A DNA stretch of 64,000 nucleotides, taken from contig CATNEN010000031.1 in NCBI GenBank assembly GCA_950097015.1, positions 868,001-932,000 on the forward strand. Direction: 5' to 3'. The position numbers and the translations under genes were made by a program. Positions within the stretch are counted from its first letter, which is position 1. Every line of letters begins with the position of its first letter. The notes under the pieces are model-generated. The model had not been told where the DNA came from. It did not search any database and saw nothing but the letters and a program-made list of their open reading frames with translations. Below, in pieces: positions 31,183 to 43,800 of the stretch. The DNA is from Macrostomum hystrix. Taxonomy: Eukaryota; Animalia; Platyhelminthes.

Positions 31183-34100
31183 TTAGACGTAGTGATTGTT
31201 GCCGGCTGGCTGACCGCGCCGGCTGGATGTTCGCAGCACCGGCAGCTTCAGGATCATCTGGTCCGCGCCCTGCAGGACAGGTGTGACGTAGGGTGGGGCA
31301 TTGCAGGACAGGTGTGACGTAGGGTGGGACATTACAGGACAGGTGTGACGTAGGGTGGGACATTGCAGGACAGGTGTGGCGGTGGGTGGGACATTGCAGG
31401 ACAGGTGTGACGTAGGGTGGGACATTGCAGGACAGGTGTGGCGGAGGGTGGGACATTGCAGGACAGGAGTGGCGGAGGGCGGGACATTGCAGGACAGGTG
31501 TGGCGGTGGGTGGGACATTGCAGGACAGGTGTGGCGGAGGGCGGGACATTGCAGGACAGGTGTGGCAGGGGGTAGGACATTGCAGGACAGGTGTCGAAGT
31601 GGCAGAGTGATTGAGTAGAGTAAACTCAGTTGAGTAAACCGAGAATTCTCGGTTGCTGGGCGGATGGGTTAGTGGAGTGAAATCATACAGTTGAAACTGT
31701 AAAAATCGTGCTTAGAGTACATTTGATAAAGGGTGCCAAATTTCAGACCGTAGCTAGTCACTAGGCCTATTACAGAGAAACATTATAAAGAAAGCTGAGC
31801 GATTGTGACAGTCGCTGCTTTCTAGAATACGAATCTGCGAAGGGGTGGCCGCTAGAAAATGGGAGCCGCGCACAGGGAAGGTAGGAAACTCTTGAAGCTA
31901 GAGCTACGGTGTAGAAGCAGAGAGAGAATGTGTAAGAGATAATGCTTGTCCAACCGCTCACGCCGTTTAGACCGAAGACGAAAATTTTGTGAACTTGATT
32001 CGACTTGAAGCGCCTATGCAATGCTTGCCAATGCTATTTTTCTGTACAGTTTGAGTAAGCTATTTGCGCAATCCAACTATGGCAGTGGAACACAATTTGG
32101 TGTAAAGTCTGCTATAGACACATGCCTATTCAATTTTTACTGCGCTAATGCAACATTTGCAGAAGGCTTTGTGAAACCTCAACTAGGCTAAATACCACAA
32201 AGCATACTTATTTATGCGCTGCCCACAGCGGAAATATTTGCTACCTTCCGCGGTAAAACTTTCTCTGCCGTCTTGCCTCTCCTACTAATCCGTGTCCTTC
32301 ATCTATCCATGAGTGCCTTCAATCTACCCCAGTGCCAATGTCATCCATCCACGAGTTCCTTCAATCTACCCCAGTGTCAAGTCCATCTATCCCAATGTCA
32401 ATTCCATCTAGCCCAGTGTGAATTCCATCTATCCCAGTGTCAATTCCATCTATCCCAGTGCCAATTCCATCTAGCCCAGTGTGAATTTCATCTACCCCAG
32501 TGTCAATTCCATCTAGCCCAGTGTGAATTCCATCTACCCCAGTGTCAATTCCATCTATCCCTGTGTCAATTCCATCTAGCCCAGTGTGAATTTCATCTAC
32601 CCCAGTGTCAATTCCATCTATCCCAGTGCCAATTCCATCTAGCCCAGTGTGAATTTCATCTAGCCCAGTGTGAATTCCATCTACCCCAGTGTCAATTCCA
32701 TCTATCCCTGTGTCAATTCCATCTAGCCCAGTGTGAATTTCATCTACCCCAGTGTCAATTCCATCTATCCCAGTGCCAATTCCATCTAGCCCAGTGTGAA
32801 TTTCATCTACCCCAGTGTCAATTCCATCTATCCCAGTGCCAATTCCATCTAGCCCAGTGTGAATTTCATCTACCCCAGTGTCAATTCCATCTATCCCAGT
32901 GCCAATTCCATCTAGCCCAGTGTGAATTTCATCTACCCCAGTGTCAATTCCATCTATCCCAGTGCCAATTCCATCTAGCCCAGTGTGAATTTCATCTACC
33001 CCAGTGTCAATTCCATCTATCCCAGTGCCAATTCCATCTAGCCCAGTGTCAATTCCATCTATCCCAGTGCCAATTCCATCTAGCCCAGTGTCAATTCCAT
33101 CTATCCCAGTGCCAATTCCATCTAGCCCAGTGTCAATTCCATCTATCCCAGTGCCAATTCCATCTAGCCCAGTGTGAATTTCATCTACCCCAGTGTCAAT
33201 TCCATCTATCCCAGTGCCAATTCCATCTAGCCCAGTGTCAATTCCATCTATCCCAGTGCCAATTCCATCTAGCCCAGTGTGAATTTCATCTACCCCAGTG
33301 TCAATTCCATCTATCCCAGTGCCAATTCCATCTAGCCCAGTGTCAATTCCATCTATCCCAGTGCCAATTCCATCTAGCCCAGTGTGAATTTCATCTACCC
33401 CAGTGTCAATTCCATCTAGCCCAGTGTGAATTTTATCTACCCCAATGTCAATTCCATCTATCCCAATGTCAATTTCATCTACCCCAGTATCATGCCCATC
33501 TATCCCTTTATTTCATCTACCATCCAAATTTTCCGTAATTTCCATCGATCTCAGTGTCTTTTCACTCTCTCGCTATCTTATGGGGGCTTTTTCTGATAAA
33601 CAAAAGACCAACCTACTAACTCACTGACTCAGAGTCGCCATTGATGTGACCAGCCCTATGATGCCTGAGCCACTGACAATAAGAGACTCTGGTGCTTATA
33701 AAAAACACAGCAAACAGTCCCAGCTAGGAGTGGCACACAGTGACATGGAAAGCAAGCAGTGGACAATGCATAATGCTAGAGCATAGCAAATTGAATTCAA
33801 ACGAGGGAGTGGGTCTTGAGTCACTGCTAACTAATTAGCAACCACTGATGCAAGCATTCGCAAAGCTGATTTGATTAGAAAATGTCTTTTTTTCCAAGAG
33901 TTTCGGCGCTAGGTTGTACTCCGGAATAGGTTCAATTAAAAGTAATAGGCCAATTGTGAGATCAGGTGCAGCCTACCTTAATAGGCAGAATATTGCTGGT
34001 GTAGTGCCGAATCATCTGTGGCACCGACTGGAATGGCTGAGAATACTGGCCAAGCACAAACTGGCCAACCTTATTCCGTTCAATCTTCATGTGCAAGTAT

Positions 34101-35944
34101 TGCAATTCGCTGCGACCGCGCAGGCTTAACGAGTACTGGCTGGCATCCGATTCGCAGGTGCGCACCAGAAATGCGCCTTCCGGATAGGCTTTGAGCATAG
34201 ACTCAGCCGATTGGCGATTGACGCCAACTTCATAGAACCAAGGCTGCTCAGCCAGCGGCAGGCTGGCATCGATCTGCGACGCTTCCGACGATGCAGAGCT
34301 AGATGCCGCCGCTCCGCTTTCCTGACGAGTCAGCGGCGCCGGATGCGACTGCCTGACGCTGGTCGCGCCGGCGCCTCCGGAAGCTGTTGCTGACGAACGC
34401 AGACGAACTGGCGGCGAACCCGAAGCGGCAGTAGCAACAGTCTGCTGTTGTTGATGAGGCTGGGGCGGCGACGGCTGCGGTTGCGACTTGTGCGGAGGCA
34501 CAGGCGGCGGCACAGGCGGTGGCACAGCGATCGGAAAGCCGGGAACCACTGTGGAAGTTTCAATAAAATAATTATATTAGACTCAGCATTATCACTACTC
34601 ACAAGTAGTAAGAAACTGGTTTCTTTAACTTTTCGGTTAAGACTGATGTACAGCTTCTTAGTCAAACCCAGCTGATGCTAAAATGCGCATTAAAGGTGGG
34701 TGAGTATTAGGGAATTAAGTGTCTTGCTCAAAGATACAAATTGTTTCCATTGGGCTGAGATTCGAACTCGCGACATCCCGGATGTTCTACATGTCTCAAA
34801 AAGCTGGAATCAATAACCTACACGAAATTGAACATAGGCCGATGGATAGGGGAAGTGATAAGGGCCAATGGACCAAGGAACAATCAGACAAATAACTTCT
34901 TGTACACTCACCGGGCTTCTGCACTGTCTGCGCCGCAGTCCGATGCGTCTCTACAGGCAGGAAGGCCCGGCCAACAGCGGCAGCAGCGGCGCCGCCGCCT
35001 TCCCACGGCTCGTCGTAGCTGCCAATCGAGACTCGATCCTCGTCTCGACGCTGCTCCAGCATCAGCATCGGCATGAGCTGCTGCCCGGAGCGAGCTGGCA
35101 GAGCCGGCCCACCGCCGCCGCCGCTGCCCTGATGATCCTGCAAGCTGAGCGAACGCTGCATAGCGTGGCGCAGCTCGCCACCGCCGCTGCCATAGGCGTA
35201 GTCATAGTCTGGCTCGCCTGGCCCAGCAGCAGCAGCAGGAGGAGCAACTCCAACTGGAGCCGCGGTGGAAGCGGCGATAGCAGCCGAAGAGGCGGGCGGC
35301 CTTCCGCCAAGCGTAATGCCGCGCTTCTGCATTCGAATGTCCCAGGCCTCCTCGTAGGAGGAATCGGTGGGATCGCCGTACAAACCGGTGCCAGCAGCGG
35401 CGGCCCCAGCAGAAGCGGGCAATCGTTCAGCGGTCAGCGGCTGAGCGCTGATGACGGTGGACGGTCGGCCAGCTGGGGCCGCGCCGGATACCATTGGCTT
35501 AACGCGCTGCTGCACTGGCTCAAACGGACTGGCCGGATGATGATTAAGCACCGATAAAGTTGGCACCTTGGCCGGGAGAGGCTTCGCTGCGAAACTGCCA
35601 GCGCTGAGGCCCCCGCCGGCTGGTTGAATGGGCCGAAATCCGATGGCAGCCGCCATTGCTGCCGCAGCGACTGGCGCTGCTGTCGCTGGGGTCGGCTCAC
35701 TGTAGAAACTTTCGCATTGGTGGGCAGCCTGAGACTGCTGCTGCTGTTGCTGCAACTGTCTTGGCGCAGGCACATAGCCGCGAGCATCAGAAGGCTGGCT
35801 ATATTCTTCATCAATACTGACCTGGTGTGCTGGAATCATTGTCTGGTGTGATTGCTGCTGCTGCTGCTGACTAGATGAAGATGAACCTGCAGCTGCACTA
35901 TCAAAAGACGGACGCTTCCATGCCAGGACAGGAGAGTTGTACAT
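31183..35944 (-). CDS. SHB: SHB/SHD/SHE/SHF-family SH2-domain adaptor, about 563 aa; exons 35944-34912, 34548-33977, 31269-31183
   Basis: C-terminal SH2 LAEQPWFY...GAFLVRTCES...YSLSLR...HMKI...VLGQYSQPFQSVPQMIRHYTSNILPIK|GADQMILKLPV matches the SHB-family end (KLPIK|GAEHLSLLYPV). The N-terminal region has YxxP and YDEPWE motifs. GT-AG introns of phase 1 and 0 keep the frame. An additional upstream exon cannot be excluded, and the paralog assignment is uncertain. Confidence 0.88.
31270..31592. repeat. 31-bp minisatellite (CAGGACAGGTGTGACGTAGGGTGGGACATTG), about 10 copies, abutting the last SHB acceptor
   Basis: Read directly. Confidence 0.92.
32315..33500. repeat. 21-bp minisatellite (CCAGTGTCAATTCCATCTATC and variants), about 55 copies, in SHB intron 2
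   Basis: Read directly; explains ORF 32273-33538. Confidence 0.95.
34715..34780 (-). mobile_element. tRNA-derived SINE-like fragment in SHB intron 1
   Basis: The minus strand reads GAGTTCGAATCTC (B-box-like) followed by GTATCTTTGAGCAAGACACTTAA, resembling the conserved GTGTCCTTGAGCAAGACACTTAA segment of CORE-type SINEs. Short, and no A-box recognised. Confidence 0.45.
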
Positions 35945-37198
35945 TGGCTTCCTATAGTTCTATGAATCTAGCTTATAGCATAAAATTATTTAATTATAGT
36001 GCAATTACTAAATATCCTTGATTTTTCTTGTGCTTGAATCCAATCTTAAATTTATGCCAAAATAATTTGACAAGAAGATTGATATTTTAGAGCATCTGAA
36101 ATTTTATAGGTTGACTCTTGCTTAAGTTTGTCGAGTGTTGAATTCGCAACAAATGAAAATATGCAACAAAAGTATAACCAGAATTTTGAAATTATGAAAA
36201 ACACTGGGTCCTTGTCTTTTATACAAGTCATGAATGTTACTTAGCTTCTATTTAAGTAGCAACTTACTTTACCAAATAATTGAAAAGTAGTTGGCTAACT
36301 TTTCTAACTTTAGGCAAACTTTTCTTTAGAAATTGTATTTAATTTACTTTTACTGAATATTACTATAGCTATTAGATTTGATCTACTATATGTATATATA
36401 TGCAAGAGAAAACAGAGATGGCATTTAGTTAGCTCCAGAGGACACACCTTTGCAGAACAAACAGGAGGGGCAGTTCAAGATGAACTGGGGGTTAAGCCCA
36501 ATAGCTTGCAAATCAGCCACCATGGTAGCACTTAGTCACAGTTCTCAGTGGTCTGGTACATGAGGACCAGCAGAAGTAGGTTCTGAATGCTATAGTCATC
36601 GCTTTGCAGATAGTGGCCAAGCAACATCTGACATTGCCAATGGAGATAACAAGCGTTTTAAAGGGCTGAGACACTAGCATGAGCCACCTGATCTGATCTC
36701 TTGACAGCAGCAGATAGTGCAATTTTCCCACAAGAACACATTAATTAGCTATTAACATTGTACAACAAATAGAGATACTAATCATTTTACCTCTTTATAA
36801 AGTTACCAGAATATTGAAATATGGCTCAATTATGACCTACATATTGAACCAACAAGCATGTCTAACCTTGACCTATAATCCCTATTTAATATTTCCTTTA
36901 CTTACAAGTGCAAAAGCACCTTAAAACAGCATTCTCAATGAAAAATAATTTCCTTCTTGCTGATTTACGACTGTTAAACTTCCCTGTAATAATATTACTA
37001 GGACCCTTTGTGTACCCACTTTAAAAAACTGCTTGATTATACTTTCCTCCTGACTGGATTACCAATACTCTTAAATATAATTTTAAAAGGAAAAAAACAT
37101 TCTAAGCCAAATCTAGTTTTTGTTCTAAAACAAAAGACAAATTTTTGTATAACCACTCCTTAGTAAATTACTCCTTTTTGATTCCATCTTGATGCATT

Positions 37199-37632
37199 TA
37201 TAATGGATCCTAGACACTTTATCATCTTACAACTTCGTCATCCACTTGGAAGATAGGACACTTCGTCATCCAGCCAATTGGCATGCTTTAAAGTTTGGTC
37301 AGTTCGTCATCTGCTAATAACAAGCAATCAAGTTCGTCATCAATAAAGTGAGGGTGGGGTGGTGGGACAGAGGTGTGAACACACTTCACACTCTAAAATG
37401 TCAAAAAGAGGTGTCAAAACTGATTTCATTATAAGAGTTGAAAGATAGGTACCAACACAATGTGAGGAGGTGGGGAGGGGTGGTTCTGTTCTAACTTTGA
37501 AAACTTTTGTTTTATAGATGACGAAGTGTCCACAAGTCTAAGTCTCTTCATCATCTACCCTCTGAGATATTGGACAGATCGTCATCTGGATGATGAAGTT
37601 GTAAGATGACGAAGTGTCCAGGTACCTTTATA
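37199..37632. mobile_element. MITE-like element with ~46-bp imperfect terminal inverted repeats
   Basis: TATAATGGATCCTAGACACTTTATCATCTTACAACTTCGTCATCCA versus the reverse complement of the right end, TATAAAGGTACCTGGACACTTCGTCATCTTACAACTTCATCATCCA. Internal (C/G)TTCGTCATC repeats; TA at both ends. Confidence 0.65.
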
Positions 37633-38545
37633 ACAACAAACAACTTATTATCTGACATGCAATGTAGTACTAAACCTATAATACAATTGATCAATGCTTT
37701 AATCTATAATCTAATTTCTAGAATTTCTTGGCTTGTTTGTTGACTATGAAAAAGCATTTGATACTTTCTATATTTTTACTCTATGGCTTCAACTACAGAA
37801 AATGGCATCAAAGGTAAAATGATTTATTTAGTCAATATTAGTCAATATATATCCCAAAGCCCAATAATTTTTTAAGCTGTGACATAGGAAAAATCATATC
37901 AAAATCACTGTATGTACTGTAATTGTAAAAGAAACATTTATTCTATACAAAATAACTGCTAACCTTTGAAAAAACTATTCGAATATTCGCTTTATCAAGC
38001 TAAGAAACACAGCTAAACTACTAGGCAAAAGTAGAGCTTAAGTCCTACCGAATTTTTACACTTTCGTCATACAGTAAGTAGGTAGGTACAAATTCCCGAT
38101 TTTTGAACGCAATTTTGAACAAAAACAGTCAAACAGTATTTGATATTTAATCTCTTAGGATTCAGCCTTCAGCTGCAGAAGTATTTTTAGCGGTATTATT
38201 TACGTAAAAATAACTTTGTATAATAGATGCAAAAAGTAAAGAAAATTATATTAGTTATTATGCTGCAGCTTCTTGGAAAGTAACGAATGTTGGGTTTTTT
38301 AGGGTGTGTATAATCTATGGGTCTGTATTTTCTTCTTTCTTGTTCTTGATTCTTGCTTTTGTTTTTAGACGACGGTTCCAGTCTTTAACGTGTTTAAAAT
38401 ACTATGATACTCAGTGCAATTGTGGGTTGTCGAAGTATGTGTTTAATTTTAATATGCTGCAAAAAGAGAGGCCATGTCAAAGCAGAGATGCACACAGTTG
38501 CCGGTGCCGGTACAACTCGAGTGTCAGACATAAATAAAACGTTTA

Positions 38546-38575
<30 letters not shown>
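38546..38575. repeat. (TAAA)n microsatellite
   Basis: Read directly. Confidence 0.85.
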
Positions 38576-38576
<1 letters not shown>

Positions 38577-39268
38577 GACGCCTCCAATGAACCCGCGTAA
38601 ATAAATAGAAATTAACAGAAAGAAAAAGAAAATAAAATATTCTTGAAGAAAGCTTTTAAAAATTTGTTAAAGGAACAGGTTTTGCGAATTTGGATAAGTT
38701 CTAATTTTGCAAATAAGAAAAGCATTGGATCTGCTTCCAACAAGAAGTTCCAAACATTTTATAACTTTATATACTTGAGCATAAACATTTAATAAACATA
38801 AACATAAACATTGAAAAACAAAATTTCCAGTGTATTTCACACAGTCTATGTCTGCGACTGTGCCTAGGCCTATCATGCTGTTTTGGTAAAACAAGGAAGC
38901 AATACTGCTGGTCTCTGGAACTTAGAAGCAATTCTCTCTGTGCACATTTTTGATAGCTAGTTAATAACTAAGTTTAACAAACTAAAGTTTAAAAGTTAGC
39001 TAGGCTGCTAGGGTCTGTCACTCATAAGTTTTTTTGTTAAGCATTATCTGTATAGGGCCTAACTGTATTATGTAATGTAAATACTCATGTTTACAGCATT
39101 ATACTACATAATGTTTGACATGCTTCAATCAAAAATATTTTTAGACATTTTAGTTATGGTTGCTAATCACCTTTAGAATTTGTGTGCTATGCTTTAAAAC
39201 TCACAGTATAAACAAAAGAACTACAAATTGTATAGAATAGTAAGTAACATATATTATAAGACGACAGA

Positions 39269-40036
39269 GCTTATTCCCATGGTCCCGTGCCAATAATTTC
39301 AATTTTATCCACATGGATCCATGCCGATAATTTTCTGCTTATCCACACGGCAGCTTGTATGAATAGGTCTACAACTCTTTATATAAATATGCCATGCCGT
39401 TAATTTCAATTTTATCCACATGGAGCCATGCCAATAATTTTCTGCTTATCCACACTGCATCTTGTATGAATAGGTCTAAAACTCTATATATATGCCGTGC
39501 CGTTAATTTCAATTTACTCCACGCGGTTCTGTTCTTTGAAACGAGGCCCTTTTGGGTTTGAACGTTTTGCTGAACCCTCGAGCCAATAGATTGACAAAGT
39601 TGCCAGTGTGTTACGACAGTGTTCTACATTTTGAGCTACACATTCATTAACCAACAATTATGTCATCCTTTTTAATTTTTGTAATAACAACTTACTAAAT
39701 CTTTTGTCATCATTACATGTTTTCATTCGAATTGTATTGACTTAAAAAGTAAGAAGTCAATCAAAGAAAATCATACGAGTCAACTAGCAGAATTCTAGTC
39801 AGCACCAAACTCATCACACATATTATACATATAATGTTATTATTTTACACTGCTTTGATAGTGTACACTATACACTATACTCTGAAGCAAAAGCCTTATG
39901 CTCAGAGAAGAATAGGTTACAGGGACTTGAAAGTAGACCTATTCATACAAGCTGCTGTGTGGATAAGCAGAAAATTAAGGGCACGGATCCATGTGGATAA
40001 AATTGAAATTATCAGCATGGGACCATGGGAATAAGC
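39269..40036. mobile_element. Foldback/MITE-like element with 104-bp inverted arms (39269-39372 and 39933-40036) and an internally duplicated left arm
   Basis: GCTTATTCCCATGGTCCC...GAATAGGTCTAC versus GTAGACCTATTC...GGGACCATGGGAATAAGC. No clear target-site duplication. Confidence 0.7.
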
Positions 40037-40371
40037 ACTTCCATTATAAGATATGTAAGTGTATAATATATTTTAAACACAAATATTTCTATGCAACTTT
40101 CAAAGATAATTATTTTGATCCAAAGCTATAAACAAGATTAGGAAATTTTTTACATATGGCAATTTTTGTATTAATTAAATGACAATCATGATGACAAATG
40201 TTTAAAATAATTGAAATTGAAATTTATTAAGCAACATAAACACTTTGTTCCTAGAGAAATAAAAGTTAACATTTGTGGTAGCAATGATTCGGCACTAACT
40301 CTTTGTAATTAGCATATCATACATTTAACAATCTGGACCTTGTATATCAGCAACTATGCTGTTGGTCTTTT

Positions 40372-40602
40372 TCTAGCAGCAAAGAAATTTAAATCAATTA
40401 TTTTTTTAAAAAACATTTTGGCCTGCAAAATATAAGTTGTTACTTATTGTAAAAAAGCTTAAAAATTAATATCTCTAGTTTCATTCTAGCAGCAAAGAAA
40501 TTTAAATCATTTACTTTTTTTGAAAACATTTTGGCCTACAAAATATAAGTTGTTACTTATTGTAAAAAAGCTTAAAAAATAAATATTATCTCTGGTTTCA
40601 TT
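40372..40602. repeat. Two-copy tandem duplication of about 115 bp (TTCTAGCAGCAAAGAAATTTAAATC...)
   Basis: Read directly. Confidence 0.85.
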
Positions 40603-40816
40603 TGTTTTATATAGCTATATATAGAAATTTGTTGTATGCAAAAAGCTACTTATTTTTATCATTGTTACTGTATTTATATTGGTGATTTGCATGAACTCAG
40701 AGAACTCATAGTTTAAACAAAATGTATTTTTTTTAATTTTTTATTATATTTGCTAGCTAAATTTAATTATCTTTTTATTTGTTAATTTCAGTTCAATCAT
40801 ATAGTATGAAATACCA

Positions 40817-43800
40817 ATGGCACAAGAAGAAAACTTGCCTATGTTGCCACTAAACCAATCAGAAAATGCTGACCTTCTATTTCTCCTATCTGACTGTACA
40901 CAATGTCCCGTTTCTGACAAAATCCTCAACAACATTAAAGAACACTTGGCACATCTTATCAGTGTCAATGATGGAGTGGAACGTCTTTCAATTCTATTGG
41001 ATCCATTTTATCAATACATTCTGAATTCAGCAGAGAGCTGTTTCATACTGGAATTGGCCTCCAGTCTGATGTTAACAATTCGCGATCTGCCTTTTGACAA
41101 TGCCAGCATGCTAGATGAGCATGCCAGTCTGGTGCATCTGCTGGTCCTACCAGAACCAGATTATGCTGGCCTGGCTCTGCGATACAAAGCAGCCTGCAGT
41201 GAGGGTTCCAACTCTGCTGCCGTATTTCAATTATTGGATGAAAATAACAGCCGATGGTGTCTCACTTTATCTGAGGCTCAGCAATTAGCACTGCCCGGGC
41301 AACACTTTGATCGGGTCAATGATTTTGTTGATAGATGCGTCAGATGGAACAATGCCGCCCTGTGCTCTGAAGGATTCGATCCCCTTCTGTCCGCCGCTAT
41401 GCTAATTGGTCGTGCTGAACGGAGAGATGTGAGTAGAGTGGGCTTTTTAATTACTGAATGATGTCATTATTTATGACATCAAAGATAAATTATTTTTAAC
41501 TTAAATGACAAAGTTGCAGCTAGGTCAGTGTTTGTGACCCACTATTGTAGTTAGGTCAGTGTTTGTGACCCACTATTGTAGCTAGGACAGTTTTTGTGAC
41601 CCACTATTGTAGCTAGGTCAGTGTTTGTGACCCACTATTGTAGCTAGGTCAGAGTTTGTGACCCACTATTGTAGCTAGGTCAGTGTTTGTGACCCACTAT
41701 TGTAGCTAGGTCAGTGTTTGTGACCCACTGTTGTAGCTAGGTCAGTGTTTGTGACCCACTGTTGTAGCTAGGTCAGTGTTTGTGACCCACTGTTGTAGCT
41801 AGGTCAGTGTTTGTGACCCACTATTGTAGCTAGGTCAGTGTTTATGACCCACTATTGTAGCTAGGTCAGAGTTTGTGACCCACTATTGTAGCTAGGTCAG
41901 TGTTTGTGACGCACTATTGTAGCTAGGTCAGTGTTTGTGACCCACTATTGTAGCTAGGTCAGTGTTTGTGACCCACTTTTGTAGCTAGGTCAGTGTGACC
42001 CACTGTTGTAGCTAGGTCAGTGTTTGTGACCCACTATTGTAGCTAGGTCAGTGTTTGTGACCCACTGTTGTAGCTAGGTCAGTGTTTGTGACCCACTATT
42101 GTAGCTAGGTCAGTGTTTATGACCCACTATTGTAGCTAGGTCAGAGTTTGTGACCCACTATTGTAGCTAGGTCAGTGTTTGTGACGCACTATTGTAGCTA
42201 GGTCAGTGTTTGTGACCCACTATTGTAGCTAGGTCAGTGTTTGTGACCCACTGTTGTAGCTAGGTCAGTGTTTGTGACCCACTGTTGTAGCTAGGTCAGT
42301 GTTTGTGACCCACTGTTGTAGCTAGGTCAGTGTTTGTGACCCACTATTGTAGCTAGGTCAGTGTTTATGACCCACTATTGTAGCTAGGTCAGTGTTTATG
42401 ACCCACTATTGTAGCTAGGTCAGTGTTTGTGACCCACTATTGTAGCTAGGTCAGTGTTTGTGACGCACTATTGTAGCTAGGTCAGTGTTTGTGACCCACT
42501 GTTGTAGCTAGGTCAGTGTTTGTGACCCACTGTTGTAGCTAGGTCAGAATGTCATTCTTTATTGTTTTATAGTTTTATAACACTTTGCAGTATAACTTGG
42601 TGAATGCTTTTATATACTGAGCTACTAAGTGTGATTTTTGCCTCATTCCTCTTGTAAATCCTTTCCGTGCTCATTCAGCCCAGCGTACTGCGCCAAGCAC
42701 TGAAGAAGTTGGCCAACGTTGAAATGGGTTTCATTATCCAACAGGCCTCGCGCTGCGCATTCAAATTGCTAGGCTTCTACCTGTTGCATGCGCTGACTAA
42801 ACTGAAACTGCCGTCCCGTGTCCAACTGTGCTGCCTGGCTGGGCCGCGAGCCGATTGGCCATCTCAGAAGCCGCTTGTGCCCCGAGTTCGCACCTTGGTT
42901 GTGGATCCGCTGCTGAACGGTCGGCTATCTGACAGGTTCGGATCTGATTGTGTGAACATGTAAAGCAAGCAACTGATGAAGACCTGAAGCTTATAGGATC
43001 GACGACCTGAAGCTTATACGGTTGAAGACCTGAAGCTTATACGGTTGAAGACCTGAAGCTTATACGGGTCGGTTAAAGATCTGAAGCTTATACGGTTAAA
43101 GATCTGAAGCTTATACGGTTAAAGATCTGAAGCTTATACGGTTGAAGACCTGAAGCTTATACGGTTGAAGACCTGAAGCTTATACGGGTCGGTTAAAGAT
43201 CTGAAGCTTATACGGTTAAAGATCTGAAGCTTATACGGTTGAAGACCTGAAGCTTATACGGTTAAAGATCTGAAGCTTATACGGTTAAAGATCTGAAGCT
43301 TATACGGTTAAAGATCTGAAGCTTATACGGTTAAAGATCTGAAGCTTATACGGTTAAAGATCTGAAGCTTATACGGTTAAAGATCTGAAGCTTATACGGT
43401 TAAAGATCTGAAGCTTATACGGTTAAAGATCTGAAGCTTATACGGTTGAAGACCTGAAGCTTATACGGGTCGGTTAAAGATCTGAAGCTTATACGGTTGA
43501 AGACCTGAAGCTTATACGGTTAAAGATCTGAAGCTTATACGGTTAAAGATCTGAAGCTTATACGGTTAAAGATCTGAAGCTTATACGGTTGAAGACCTGA
43601 AGCTTATACGGGTCGGTTAAAGATCTGAAGCTTATACGGTTGAAGACCTGAAGCTTATACGGTTAAAGATCTGAAGCTTATACGGTTAAAGATCTGAAGC
43701 TTATACGGTTAAAGATCTGAAGCTTATACGGTTAATGATCTGAAGCTTATACGGTTAAAGACCTGAAGCTTTGTAGATTAAAGACCTATAGCTTTGTAGA

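Noticed and set aside
32273-33538. 421-aa (QCQFHL)n ORF resembling a Cys-rich structural protein
   Set aside because: 21-bp array inside SHB intron 2, antisense to the host gene; no signal peptide or unique domain.
39269-40036. Bacterial oriC or contamination suggested by DnaA-box 9-mers
   Set aside because: The boxes lie in the arms of an inverted-repeat element between spliced animal genes; no bacterial genes nearby.
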